A DNA stretch of 60,760 nucleotides, counting the filler, from Squatina squatina (taxonomy: Eukaryota), in NCBI GenBank assembly GCA_031763465.1. It is 4 parts of 3 records of this genome, joined end to end, with 100 filler letters (N's around TTAATTAATTAA, not from the genome) between each part and the next. Parts side by side here need not be neighbours in the genome. Positions count along the whole stretch, not along the records: positions 1 to 16,938 come from JARFOE010000016.1; positions 17,039 to 31,160 come from JARFOE010000004.1; 2 more parts are not named here. The stretch is one strand, 5' to 3'. Under the pieces are notes generated by a model that saw only the letters and a program-made list of their open reading frames with translations, did not search any database and was not told the origin of the DNA. Shown one piece after another: positions 12,071 to 23,056 of this stretch. Within the stretch, counting starts at the first letter, position 1. Every line of letters begins with the position of its first letter. A program made the translations under genes and the position numbers.

Positions 12071-14190
12071 GTGGGAGGAGTTTAATTTAAAATCATTTGC
12101 AACATTGCTAAAGGATTTTAAAATGACAGTTCACTGTATATTGCAAATTAATATGGAAACATCAAATCTTGAAAATTGATGACACTTTGCTTTCCAAACT
12201 ATGAAATGCAAATTATGCTCTAAAACAATTCACAATATCAAGAAAATGCTGCAATATTTGCTACTTTACACCAGTTTCAGAAACTTATGAACAAAATACA
12301 CAAATGCATTTTTCATTTCTACCGGTGAGGTGAGTCATAACCTCGTGAAAGTTAAAATAAAACATAGTGCATGACATAACTCCGTATTCCCACTTTCTAT
12401 ACACTGATTTGTGTACCTCTTATACCTGAAGGTGAAGAAACTGGCTGACCTCTCTTATCTGTGTCTATTTCAGACTTGGAGACAATTCCATATTTAGTAG
12501 GCTCTGAAGTGTGGAATTATTTTCAAAAGGTTGTATTTTCCCTGTAATTGCTAGCCTGAATGCACTATATTAGCACTTATGGTCTGGCATACAGCAATCA
12601 AGTACTAAAATGCAGGGTTTTATTTTCAAGTATTAACTAGAAACCTATCTGAATGTGGATTTTAACTTTTCTACATAGTCACAAAGATAAAAAGTCCCAG
12701 GAGTTCTACTCTATACTGCAGAATGTGAATTAAATACTGACTATACATATTGAGAATCTTTAAGACACTGGGCAGTTCCTCCTGGAGAGAATATTACAAA
12801 ACAGCTCACTTTGCATATATTAAAATAAAACGTAAACTAATTTATAATTTAAATTATAATAAATATAATCTATTTGAACCTAGATGTTGTATTTTTTTTT
12901 AAAAACAAACTGCCAGTTCAAGAAAAGTCATATACTATAGCTCCCCATTCATTATTCCTGATTATCTGTAGTGATCATATAAAAGGTTGCAGTACAGAAA
13001 CTGGCCATTCGGCTCCTTAAATCTGTGACAATGTTTTTCTCCACGGGCCACCTAGTCTAATCCTACTCTCTATAACTTTCAAAATCCCTCTGTTCAATCT
13101 AAAAGGCTCGAGATGTTCAGGTTGGAAGAGGGCATGCATACAGGGGACAATTTTGTGAAGTTTTGCTCTTGGCTCTGCCTCAGCAGCAAGAGGCTCGTAG
13201 GGGAAAACTGAATTCATAAGGCTATATCCCTCTCCCCATTACCGTGTTCACCACGAGCATGGTTCTACACCAGGTGCCTGGCACCATGAAACCACCTTAC
13301 AGTGACACAGTACCGATCCTATATGTCAGTAAATGAACGGGCATCGTGCAGTTAGGTTGTATTAGAACATTTTTGCTGGATGAAGCCTCCAAGATTTCCA
13401 TGTGACAACATTTCAATTATATGCTGCAGCTTGCATCTATGCTTGATAAGCAACCAAAAGGCAGTCAGGCTGCATGAATGATTCAATGGGGCAGCAGTAA
13501 AAGAGTAACGGGGTTAAGGAGGCACTTTGTGGCAACTACTTGGTATAACTGTTGGGTAGCCTTATCTTGGAACCTTTCTTGAGGTGTGTAATCGTACTCC
13601 TCAGCTGAGTGTTACTGACACCATTTAATCAGCTATCTCCAGTCTTTTCTGGGAGAGCCCCCTTTTTAGTGCCAAAGAAAATACCCATCCTTCATTCAGA
13701 TCTGCAAATCTGGGTGTGTATGGATGACACTGCTCCATTCTGCAGGAATATGTCAGTGTTAAGCCTCTTTCCTTGGCTTGCAGACAGGAATGCAGCCCTT
13801 AAATGGCTGCTACAAGCTTTTAAATTCCCATCAGCTGTGCAAACACTTCCTCCGGTAGCAGACAAGAGCCATGTCAGGTTAGGCACTTTGAGTTAATACC
13901 AAATATGAGATGCAATCTTCATGCAAGAAAAGTCAATNNNNNNNNNNNNNNNNNNNNNNNNNNNNNNNNNNNNNNNNNNNNNNNNNNNNNNNNNNNNNNN
14001 NNNNNNNNNNNNNNNNNNNNNNNNNNNNNNNNNNNNNGCTTACTTCCCTCCCCCAGAGAATTTGTGTTTCACCTTTTCCGAGTGATAACTGTTAAAATAA
14101 TACATTAATATATGGGTTGAACAGAAAACGTATTTTATAATGGTAATGCTTAGAATAGATAGATATGAAAATAAAAATGCTAAAGATTAC

Positions 14191-14376
14191 CTTTTCTAAT
14201 GAGTAAAAAGCTTTATTGGGGTCCATATATTTATGTGCTAAGGCCTCCACATCTGCCCTACTTATAACTGGTTCTTTCAACTGCTCAAGCCAGGACCACA
14301 TAAGACAGCACAATACATAAGGATTCTTCTCTGTACAAATCCTTTCCCAAGTTCCTTCTCTGACATTTAGTTCACG
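14191..14376 (-). CDS. PTPDC1: PTPDC1 internal coding exon (C-terminal region)
   Basis: ttttag|RELNVREGTWERICTEKNPYVLCCLMWSWLEQLKEPVISRADVEALAHKYMDPNKAFYSLEK|gtaat, 186 bp, phase 0-0. Matches recalled vertebrate PTPDC1 KELNSRDGAWERICGERDPFILCSLMWSWVEQLKEPV. Confidence 0.9.
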
Positions 14377-15009
14377 CTAAAACAAAATGAAAATATTGGT
14401 TACAAAATTTAGCAAAAATCTTGCCAGGATAGTGTGAATAGTGATTAACAGACAACAGATTTTTATTTAAAAACATCGATATGCATATACAGATGATGAG
14501 GGCATAACAATTCTAAAATAATCCAAGTAAATAAAAGTACAACCCTGGCAACTCTCTAGGTATTGGTTTTTCCTTTATCTTATGAACTCTGGCATATTAC
14601 AGCTTCACTAGCAGTGCTGAATTTTCCATGTACGAGTAGTAAAAATGGATTTTGTGTAAACTCTCTCAAATAAATAAAGACATGTTGAAAGATAGATAGG
14701 CTCAACCTTTGATCTCATTCTTCAATTGTACAATCTATTCTCAATTAAATGAGCAAGTATAGGATTTTATTTCTTAATGTTGATATATGTTTATACCCCT
14801 TCCTGAAAAGAGGAGAATGCCGAGAGGAGTCATTTCAATGTAAAATATTTACTCGTCCAAATGATGCTTGAAAAAACTTTTAAACCTCTATCTGATGTTC
14901 ACTGTCTTTGTCCCATACAGGCATACAATTATTTAGTCTCCCCTCTTACTAGAATTAGTACAAGGCATTGTTTAAGCCACAGTTAGAATACCGCAGACAG
15001 TTATGGACA

Positions 15010-15451
15010 CCTCCTTATGAAAAGACATGGAAAAGATACAGTAAAGATTAACTGTTACAATACCAAGAATAAGTGGCTATAGTCAAGAAATATTTTTTGC
15101 ACTGGAACATAAAAAGTTAAAAGGCGATCTGATTAAGGTTTTAAAATCTATGGCAGCTTTTGAGAGGATAAATGGTAAAGGTGGTTACAAGTTCTTGGTA
15201 AATGGGAGCTAACTCAGGATTGAGTGGGAAAGTTAAAATAATTTTTCCACACCAATGGTTATTCGAACATGGTATGCTTTACACCTGTGACTATTGAGTT
15301 AGAGACTACAGCATCATTTAATATTTAATATTAAATAACTATTTAATATTGAAAAATTTTAAAGGATATAGGGAAAGGCCAGGGAAATAAGATGCGAGTA
15401 AATAGCTCCAGTTGAAGAGCTAGCACTGGCACAGACATGATGGGGTGAATG
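15010..15451 (+). mobile_element. Old CR1-type LINE 3' fragment
   Basis: Decayed RT C-terminus (AAAGGCGATCTGATTAAGGTTTTAAAAT, GDLIKVLK-like) and a CR1-like 3' UTR. Confidence 0.5.
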
Positions 15452-15551
15452 NNNNNNNNNNNNNNNNNNNNNNNNNNNNNNNNNNNNNNNNNNNNNNNNN
15501 NNNNNNNNNNNNNNNNNNNNNNNNNNNNNNNNNNNNNNNNNNNNNNNNNNN

Positions 15552-15952
15552 TTTTCTCCTTAGAAAAAGAGGAGATTCCACTTTTTGGTCATTTGCATTA
15601 CAAGATTTTTGACATTCCCAGAGACCAGATTTTAAGGTAATTGATGGACTTTGCTTAATAAGACAAAGCTCTGGTATTTTCAGAAGAGACGGGCTGATCT
15701 GGCTGGTGTCCATTGGCATTGGACTGGGCTGTCTGAGATTGAGCTGAGACAAACTTTGTGGATGGAACTTGCCAGAGAAAGCAATCTGCGTAGGCGCTGT
15801 AAGAGGTGTCTCACTTTGTTCTGCAAAGAGTTCAGCTCTCTGAAGATCTGATTCACTATAACTGAGGCGCTTTTTCAGCTGGGACAAGGGCTGAAGGAAG
15901 TCAGCATTACGGCGTTTCCAAAGAGGGTCTAATTCTTGCTCACTAACCAATA
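15552..15952 (-). CDS. PTPDC1: PTPDC1 coding exon (3' end lost in gap; 5' boundary inferred)
   Basis: EQELDPLWKRRNADFLQPLSQLKKRLSYSESDLQRAE matches recalled PTPDC1 EQQFDPLWKRRNVECLQPLTHLKRRLSYSDSDLKRAE. Likely acceptor ttttattcctaatgattcag|. Confidence 0.85.
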
Positions 15953-16571
15953 CTGAATCATTAGGAATAAAACGCCAATTTATCCTCAAGGGATACATTT
16001 AATGAAGACAGTAAGGCAGAGTCGTCAGACAAGAGACAGAATGCAATAGACTCATTATCAAAAATAACTTACCACGTTTACTTTATATTTTTCCTTACCT
16101 CACATCAATTACTATTAACTGTCCCTTCCAAAATAATCACATTGGTTACACAATTACAAACATTCAATTTTTAGGTGTTGTTTTAATAATTGAATTGTAT
16201 ACCTCACATAAACCGAGATAGCCTACATTTTACAAGCTTTCATTTTGCTTTTTATTGGAGCTTTTTTTCTTTCCAGATAACTTTTTTTTTTGTAATTCCA
16301 TAAGAGTTTTGTGCATGAAATAACTGGTTGATTGTAATATTCATTGCTAGTTAAGTGCCTTGAGGTGTTTTACTACATTAAAGGTGCTATATAAATGCAA
16401 ACTGTTGTTGGTAAGGGTAAAAGGAACATTATGATTGGCCAGTCTTCATTCATTCCCACTATCAACCTTGTATTGTATAAAATCAATATCTCAATACTGC
16501 ATACTTGCTATGGATTACTCAGATTGTACAAAATAAGGATAATGTAATTCTCCGCGAAGAGAAAAATATAT

Positions 16572-16938
16572 GGGGCCTGAAATTGGGCACTTTTTAGCGC
16601 CTCTTTCTCGCCAGATGAAGGCACTGAAAAACTTTGCACGTTAAAAGGCTGATTAGCGCCACCTGCGAAATTCGGCGCCCATTTTCTTTAGGCGTTAAAA
16701 ATGATCGCCTCCGTGGCCCGGCGAGGTGCTATTTTTTGAGGCACTAGCTGCCGGTGATGTCATCATGGCACGTAATGCCTCCAACAGAAGATTCAGCAGT
16801 GTGAACGCCTCTGCTGGCCTCCTGAAAACAGCGCCACAAAAACCTGGAGGTACATAGGCTTCCCGGGGCGTTGCACCATCTTGGTTCAGGGTATAAATAG
16901 CCGACTCATTGCGAGAATGGCGAGTTGGGGCAGGGGTG
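16572..16938. mobile_element. GC/CpG-rich Harbinger-like element, left end
   Basis: Abrupt GC rise starting GGGGCCTGAAATT. The complementary end AATTTCAGGCC occurs at 49346-49356. Confidence 0.5.
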
Positions 16939-17038
16939 NNNNNNNNNNNNNNNNNNNNNNNNNNNNNNNNNNNNNNNNNNNNTTAATTAATTAANNNNNN
17001 NNNNNNNNNNNNNNNNNNNNNNNNNNNNNNNNNNNNNN
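16939..17038. other. Artificial scaffold-joining spacer
   Basis: 44 N + TTAATTAATTAA (stops in all six frames) + 44 N. Confidence 0.95.
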
Positions 17039-17231
17039 CCCCCCCCGGGGGGGGGGGGGGGGGGCGCGGGGGTTGTCCAGGCGCTCCCCCAAAACTGCTT
17101 TGTGCCCTGTGCAATTTTTTTTTAATCTTACTTTTTTGATGCAAGACCATACCTAGGGTATGTAATCGTGAATTCTGAGCAGAGAATCCAGTTGTAACAA
17201 CTGATGTTCTTTATGGTGTGTATTCTTTCAG

Positions 17232-17367
17232 ATGCTTCAGCAACAGCTGAAAGAGGGCCAACAGAAAGTTGATGGTACTCTTACAAAACAAAAGCAGTTA
17301 GAAGATGAACTGGTTACTTGTAAAGATCGTATTCAACAACAGTCCACAGAACTGCTACTTAAATCAA
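17232..17367 (+). CDS. FAM184A: FAM184A coding exon (coiled coil)
   Basis: ttctttcag|MLQQQLKEGQQKVDGTLTKQKQLEDELVTCKDRIQQQSTELLLKS|gtagg. Resembles FAM184A RERLQQQASDLVLKAS and is collinear with the downstream exons. Confidence 0.8.
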
Positions 17368-17700
17368 GTAGGTCCATACTTAGTTAAACCTCGTTTAAAA
17401 CAAAAAGGCATTTCCAATATCCGATTTACTCTACTTTTCTGACTTTTGCTGCAATCCTTTTATTTTAATCAGCATAATGTGCATCGCAGAGGATAAATTG
17501 CCATGATATAAAGGGTTTTCTTCATAATGTGGAAGAGGACAGCTTACAGTTGATTTTTAAAAATATTGTGCGTATTGCATTACGCATAATTTTTACAGTG
17601 TGTTGGAGTTCAGAACTGTAGAGGTATATAGCTATCCCAGCTGAGAATTAACTTGTTGATCCATCTTGCATTGAATGCTCTCTAATTTCCGCACACATTA

Positions 17701-18362
17701 GGCTGAACTTTTACCTGTGAGTGGATTTGGTGTGGGGGAGGCCGCATAGTGGGTCACTATCACGAACTTTCCAACAGCGCTCTCTCCACTGTGTGTTTAA
17801 CTTAACGAGATCAATTGACTTAGTCATGTGACTTTCTTGGCCAATTAAATGGAGCGGGTTTGATGATGTCACAGATGACTCACCTTCAGCTCACCTATTT
17901 AAAGGAGCCTTGCACACATCAGAGTTGAAGGTTGTTGTAGGAGGGTCTGAGGTGGTTGCGAAAGGTGCCCTTTGCTGTTACATCCATTTTGACTGGGAGG
18001 GTGCAGTCATTTGTAGCCAACGATACAGTCTCAGCGTCAGAATGCTGCACCCAGGTTTTCAGATTCTTCCCTGGACGTCCTGCTCCAGGGAGTGAGAGCA
18101 AGGAAGGAGGTCCTCTTCCCTGGTGCTGGCAGGAAAAGGCCAAGAGGTCATGGCTGGAGATCGCACACAAAGTGAGCAGTAGAGGTGTTGCCAGTCACTC
18201 CTGGATGCAGCATAGGAAGAGATTTAATGACCTCAAGAGGTTAGGAAAGGTGAGCACAATGTCACATCCAACTACATTCTGATGTGCGATCACCCAACTC
18301 CATCAATCTGCCTTCCCAAACCTACTGCACATCACTCCTCACACCAATCTACCTTGCACACA
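17701..18362 (+). mobile_element. PIF/Harbinger transposon fragment with a disrupted Myb/SANT-like gene
   Basis: TTA|GGCTGAACTTTT end. AAPRFSDSSLDVLLQGVRARKEVLFP, then after a frameshift KRSWLEIAHKVSSRG...RKRFNDLKRLGK|gtgag. Homologous to 33633-34223. Confidence 0.75.
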
Positions 18363-19046
18363 NNNNNNNNNNNNNNNNNNNNNNNNNNNNNNNNNNNNNN
18401 NNNNNNNNNNNNNNNNNNNNNNNNNNNNNNNNNNNNNNNNNNNNNNNNNNNNNNNNNNNNNNAACCACATGCGATAATTTCTCAATTTTGCACTTCTGTT
18501 GGAGAGCCTTGTTTGCCAAGAGCAAGAAATGGTGCGCACTGAACAATTTTCTAACTATGATCAGAAAAATGTATGATGCATGCATTGCAATATCCAGTAA
18601 CACTTTGGGTGGGCAGAGCCAAATGTAAAGTTGAAAAATTACTCCTTATATGTTCAAAACTACACCCAACATTTGCACAATTATTTTCTACAGCTCCAGA
18701 ACTAAAAAATAAAGTATTTGAGCAATTCAACTTCAAGAATCTATTTGATCAAATTCCTGAACTCCAGAGAAAGCTTGTATACACGGCCATCTGTGTAGTG
18801 CATAGAAGGTTATTGTTCTGCTATCCATCAGTCATTTGTCGCTGCTTTTAATCTGCTGGGGGGAAACCTCCAGTCAACAACTTGAAGTTGTTGCTTGAGG
18901 TTATATGTATGAATGTGTTTAATACCAAATCAGGCTCAACATAACAGGCTCACCCCTAAATAATTTAGTAACTGTCTTTTTATTTAATTTACAAATATTA
19001 TAATCTTTAATTCTTGTTTCACTCTGTTAAATTTTGTCTGCTGTAG

Positions 19047-19259
19047 ATCTCCTTACTGAAGCAAAACCTGGAAATGCAGCTAGCCCAGTCCCAAGATTCC
19101 TTGCAGAAACTACAGTGCCAGTTCAACCGTGAGAGACAACGGCTCACACAGCAAATGCAAGGAATGGAAGATGAGCATAAACGCAGACAGGCATCTTTGG
19201 AGGATGCCCACCGCACTGCTTTTAGAAATATGGAGGAATCCAAGGACCGTGAATGCAAG
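19047..19259 (+). CDS. FAM184A: FAM184A coding exon
   Basis: ctgtag|ISLLKQNLEMQLAQSQDSLQKLQCQFNRERQRLTQ...EESKDRECK, 213 bp. Matches recalled FAM184A ISLLKQNLEIQLSQSQTSLQQLQAQFTQERQRLTQ. The donor appears to be GC. Confidence 0.88.
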
Positions 19260-19890
19260 GCATGTTGCTGTAGTATTGTACTTTTCAAATATTNNNNNNN
19301 NNNNNNNNNNNNNNNNNNNNNNNNNNNNNNNNNNNNNNNNNNNNNNNNNNNNNNNNNNNNNNNNNNNNNNNNNNNNNNNNNNNNNNNNNNNNNAGGACAA
19401 TTTCTCCTCCCTAACCTCGGGCTTCTGAGAACAATTGTAGCACCTCGACAGCTGCTCCAGCTGAGATCAACTAACTGACCACAGACCAGGCATCAAACCC
19501 AAACTTTACTTGTCTGACTAAACTTACTGGACAGTCAGTGGAGAAGCTAAAAATTAAGTGGATAATAAATGTAAAACTGAAGAGACAGTAAGCACTTAAG
19601 GTGTCTAATGAAGCAAAAGAGGATTGCAAGAACATTGCTAAAGTGGGAAGGAATGGGCCTGTTCATACCCTGGCTAGGTACGAAAGGTACAGGCAAAGAA
19701 TTTGCATTGTTTATTTCTTTTTAATGTTACCTGAGGTGTTCCAACAGCTTGAAATGGGTTAAAGGAAATGGATCAAACATTGTATGATTTGTGGGCACAT
19801 TGACGGTTGAAGAAATTAGATTTAGCTTTATAAGTTAGTGGCTGTTAAGTTAAGCTGGGAGCTAGCTTCACTTTGTCTCTTTTTAAACAG

Positions 19891-20037
19891 GATCTATGAA
19901 CAGGAAATGATAAAGAAACAGGAGAAGAAGATAAATGAAATGACTGCAGCCCATATCCGAGAAACACAGTGCATGCTAGCAGACTTCAACAAGGCTCAGG
20001 AACTCCTGAAGGATAAAATTTCTGCTCTGGAAATCTT
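19891..20037 (+). CDS. FAM184A: FAM184A coding exon
   Basis: ttttaaacag|..IYEQEMIKKQEKKINEMTAAHIRETQCMLADFNKAQELLKDKISALEI|gtatgt; ADFNK..ELLK motif. Confidence 0.88.
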
Positions 20038-20144
20038 GTATGTTGTGTGGCATTGTAAAATAATGACTTTAGGAGCTGAAGCAAATAGTTGTAGTATCAG
20101 TACTAGAAAGGATACTGATTAATTTGTTGTTCACTACTTGGGAG

Positions 20145-20361
20145 AACATACAACTTGATAGGAACAGGAGTAGGCCATTCAGTCCCTTGAGCCAATTAAT
20201 TAGAGCATGGCTGGTCTGTATCTTAACTCCATCTACTGGCCGTGGTTCTGTAACTCTAATACCCTTGCCTAACAGAAGTCTATCAATCTCTGTTTTGAAA
20301 TTTTCAATTGACCTACCCTCAACAGCATTTTGGGGGGGGAAGAGTTCCAGATTTCCACTAC
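20145..20361 (-). mobile_element. CR1-type LINE 3' end (intronic)
   Basis: AGGAACAGGAGTAGGCCATTCAG tail; minus-strand translation VVEIWNS.P. Confidence 0.65.
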
Positions 20362-20568
20362 NNNNNNNNNNNNNNNNNNNNNNNNNNNNNNNNNNNNNNN
20401 NNNNNNNNNNNNNNNNNNNNNNNNNNNNNNNNNNNNNNNNNNNNNNNNNNNNNNNNNNNNNCCTTGGAACATTTTATTGTGTTAAAGGTACGATATCAGT
20501 GCAAATTGTTGTTTAAAAAGTCTAGTTGTAGAATGCATATTTTAATTTTGGTTATTCACTTTTAATAG

Positions 20569-20673
20569 GATGACAAGAAATTTTACCAGCTGGAACTGGT
20601 GAACAGAGAAACAAATTTCAACAAGGTTTTTAATGCCAGCCCTAATGTAGGAGTCATCAATCCTCTAGCCAAG
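20569..20673 (+). CDS. FAM184A: FAM184A coding exon
   Basis: aatag|DDKKFYQLELVNRETNFNKVFNASPNVGVINPLAK|gtttgt, 105 bp. Nearly identical to the conserved FAM184A motif. Confidence 0.95.
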
Positions 20674-20739
20674 GTTTGTTTCATAGGAATATTCATTTCT
20701 TAACCTGCTTAGTATTCTGTAGTTACCAGGTGTTGCTAT

Positions 20740-21178
20740 AAGAACATAAAAATAGGAGCAGGAGTAGGCCATCCGGCTCCTTGAGCCTGCTCCGCCATTC
20801 AACATTCTACCTCAACGCCATTTTCCTGCACTATCCCCATATCCCTTGGTGCCTTTAATATCTAGAAATCTACTGATCTCTCTTTTGAATGTACTCCATG
20901 ACTGAGCCTCCACAGCCCTCTGGGGTGGAGAATTCCAAAGATTCACTACTCTCTCAGTCCGAAATGGCCTACCCCTTATTCTGAGACTGTGACCCCTCGT
21001 TCNNNNNNNNNNNNNNNNNNNNNNNNNNNNNNNNNNNNNNNNNNNNNNNNNNNNNNNNNNNNNNNNNNNNNNNNNNNNNNNNNNNNNNNNNNNNNNNNNN
21101 NNCAGACCCTTGGTTCTTTAGTATTTCTGGGAGGTTTTTTGTGTCTTCTTCCATGAAGACAGACACAAAGTATTTGTT
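20740..21178 (-). mobile_element. CR1-type LINE fragments on both sides of a gap
   Basis: 3' tail at 20740-21002; NKYFVSVFMEEDTKNLPEI at 21103-21178 matches the 46026-46664 element. Confidence 0.75.
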
Positions 21179-21303
21179 TTGCTGTTCAAGGTGAACACTT
21201 TTGATCATCTGTATTTACACTATAGATTTATTAAACTGATTAACAATGACCTTTCTTTGGAATGAATATTTTTGTTCCTAAATTTTTCTTCTTTCTATTG
21301 CAG

Positions 21304-21509
21304 CAGAAGAAAAAGAATGATAAAATTGGCAATCGTTTTGTCAGTGCCCCAAATCTAAGTGCGCTGGAATCTGCAGGAGTGGGAAATGGGCAACATCAGC
21401 ACAATCGCCTAGAGCCAATTCCTAATTCCCCTGTTCATGATATTGGGCTCAATAGCAACAAGCCTCTACCCCAGTCAGTACCTCCAAAAGAGACAAAAAG
21501 ATTTCTGAG
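21304..21509 (+). CDS. FAM184A: FAM184A penultimate coding exon
   Basis: cag|QKKKNDKIGNRFVSAPNLSALESAGVGNGQHQHNRLEPIPNSPVHDIGLNSNKPLPQSVPPKETKRFL|gtgag; characteristic of FAM184A. Confidence 0.95.
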
Positions 21510-22404
21510 GTGAGCACCCACCTCAACTAGACCATTGAGGTGATGGTACAAACTGACCATGATCCAAAGCTCCACTTTTGAGCTTCAGCTTTCAGTTACA
21601 TAAGCTAAGATTGGACAAGTCTTTAGGATAGATCAATTATTGATTTCAAGCTCATATTTTTACAATTAAAGCATGCTTTCCCTCTACTTTGCTGTGTATG
21701 CTTGAATTTGAAATCATCTTAATGACTGCCTTCTAGTAGATGTGCAGGCCTCATTAATATTGCTACTTCAATAACCTAATGATTACCACATTTAATTTTA
21801 AATTAATTTGTGATAACCCATTATTTCAACAGTTCTGATCAATATCAGTGAGACTGTTTATGCTGATTTTTTCCCCCTTTAACTGTCGGGCCTCCTTCTG
21901 TTGTTTACCTCCACTGCTTTAAAAACGAGCTAGTTACACTGGTTAAGATTACAGTGTAATGACATGAATTGGCATAACAATGTATTTGTACTTTTTTATG
22001 AATTTTAAATAATTTTCCATTTTGTAAGATACACTAGCTTTTTTTACGAAGCCGGACTTAATCGTTCAATGAAGAGAATACACCTGAATCTCTAACCTTC
22101 TGAAAGCAGTTTTATCATTTTTTCCACATTGATGCTTATAACCTATGCAGTATTTTAAACAGTAAAAGTAATAAATAGATTGACCTTGTCTTATACAGTG
22201 TTTCATTGTACGATTTAAATAAATGTTCGCAAAATATAACGTAAGACCACAATAATTGCCCATGTTGATAAAAAAATCTGCCTGTGGGGTTAAAATGCAT
22301 TATANNNNNNNNNNNNNNNNNNNNNNNNNNNNNNNNNNNNNNNNNNNNNNNNNNNNNNNNNNNNNNNNNNNNNNNNNNNNNNNNNNNNNNNNNNNNNNNN
22401 NNNN

Positions 22405-22460
22405 AGCCTTCATCTGATCCACAGCATGAGGAATGGTTTGCAAGATATTTCACTTTCTAA
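22405..22460 (+). CDS. FAM184A: FAM184A last coding exon (5' part in gap) with stop codon
   Basis: PSSDPQHEEWFARYFTF-TAA matches the FAM184A C-terminus DPQRQEWFARYFTF. Not present in the ORF track. Confidence 0.93.
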
Positions 22461-23050
22461 AACTAGCAAAACTCCTGATGGATCTTTAAAACCATATAGT
22501 TCTGCAGTAGGAGCATGACGCTGTAAAAATCCATTTTCAGCACGTTTGAATATATTTATTGTGATAAAATCTTTGCAATAGGACCAGTTACAGCATTAAC
22601 TGCATTAATTGTGAGGCGTTGTTATTCGCCTGGGTCAGTTTGAAATGCCATCTAGGACTTTAAAAAAAATCTCCGTAATATTTCCAGCAGCACAAAATGT
22701 ATTTTTATTTTGTTTACCTATTTCAATTTTAAATTATGATTTTGGACTGCCTACTCCTTACACTGTTCCCCAGTTGAGAGGTTGAACAGGTGACATTCCT
22801 CCAAGTCTGCCAAAAACACTCTTAACTGGCTAATAGAGTGGCTTACTTCCCCTGTGATTATCTCTTGCCACTTTGGGAGAAAGGCCTAGTATCTGTTTGG
22901 CATCTCCCCAGTATGTATTTACCTCTTGACAGTTACATATATCATTTCGTGTACAAATGTGCAATATGTTGAAATATAATGTATATGTGAAATATAATTT
23001 GTATTTTACCTTGGGATGTCTCATTGTCTGAAAGTTTGTATTGATTGCTA

Positions 23051-23056
23051 AATAAA
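23051..23056 (+). promoter_or_regulatory. Candidate FAM184A polyadenylation signal
   Basis: AATAAA about 590 nt after the stop codon, followed by a GT/T-rich tract (23078-23095). Confidence 0.5.

Noticed and set aside
13609-13937. Possible last PTPDC1 coding exon
   Set aside because: No frame resembles the recalled PTPDC1 C-terminus; the remaining exons are probably in gaps.
1-16938. let-7 microRNA cluster, which lies near PTPDC1 in mammals
   Set aside because: I did not find the let-7 mature sequence on either strand.
16983-16994. TTAATTAATTAA palindrome, also at 31205-31216 and 45970-45981
   Set aside because: Identical and centred in N-runs; a synthetic linker, not biology.
17039-17072. 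Poly-C/poly-G run suggesting a G-quadruplex
   Set aside because: At a scaffold end; more likely a sequencing or assembly artefact.
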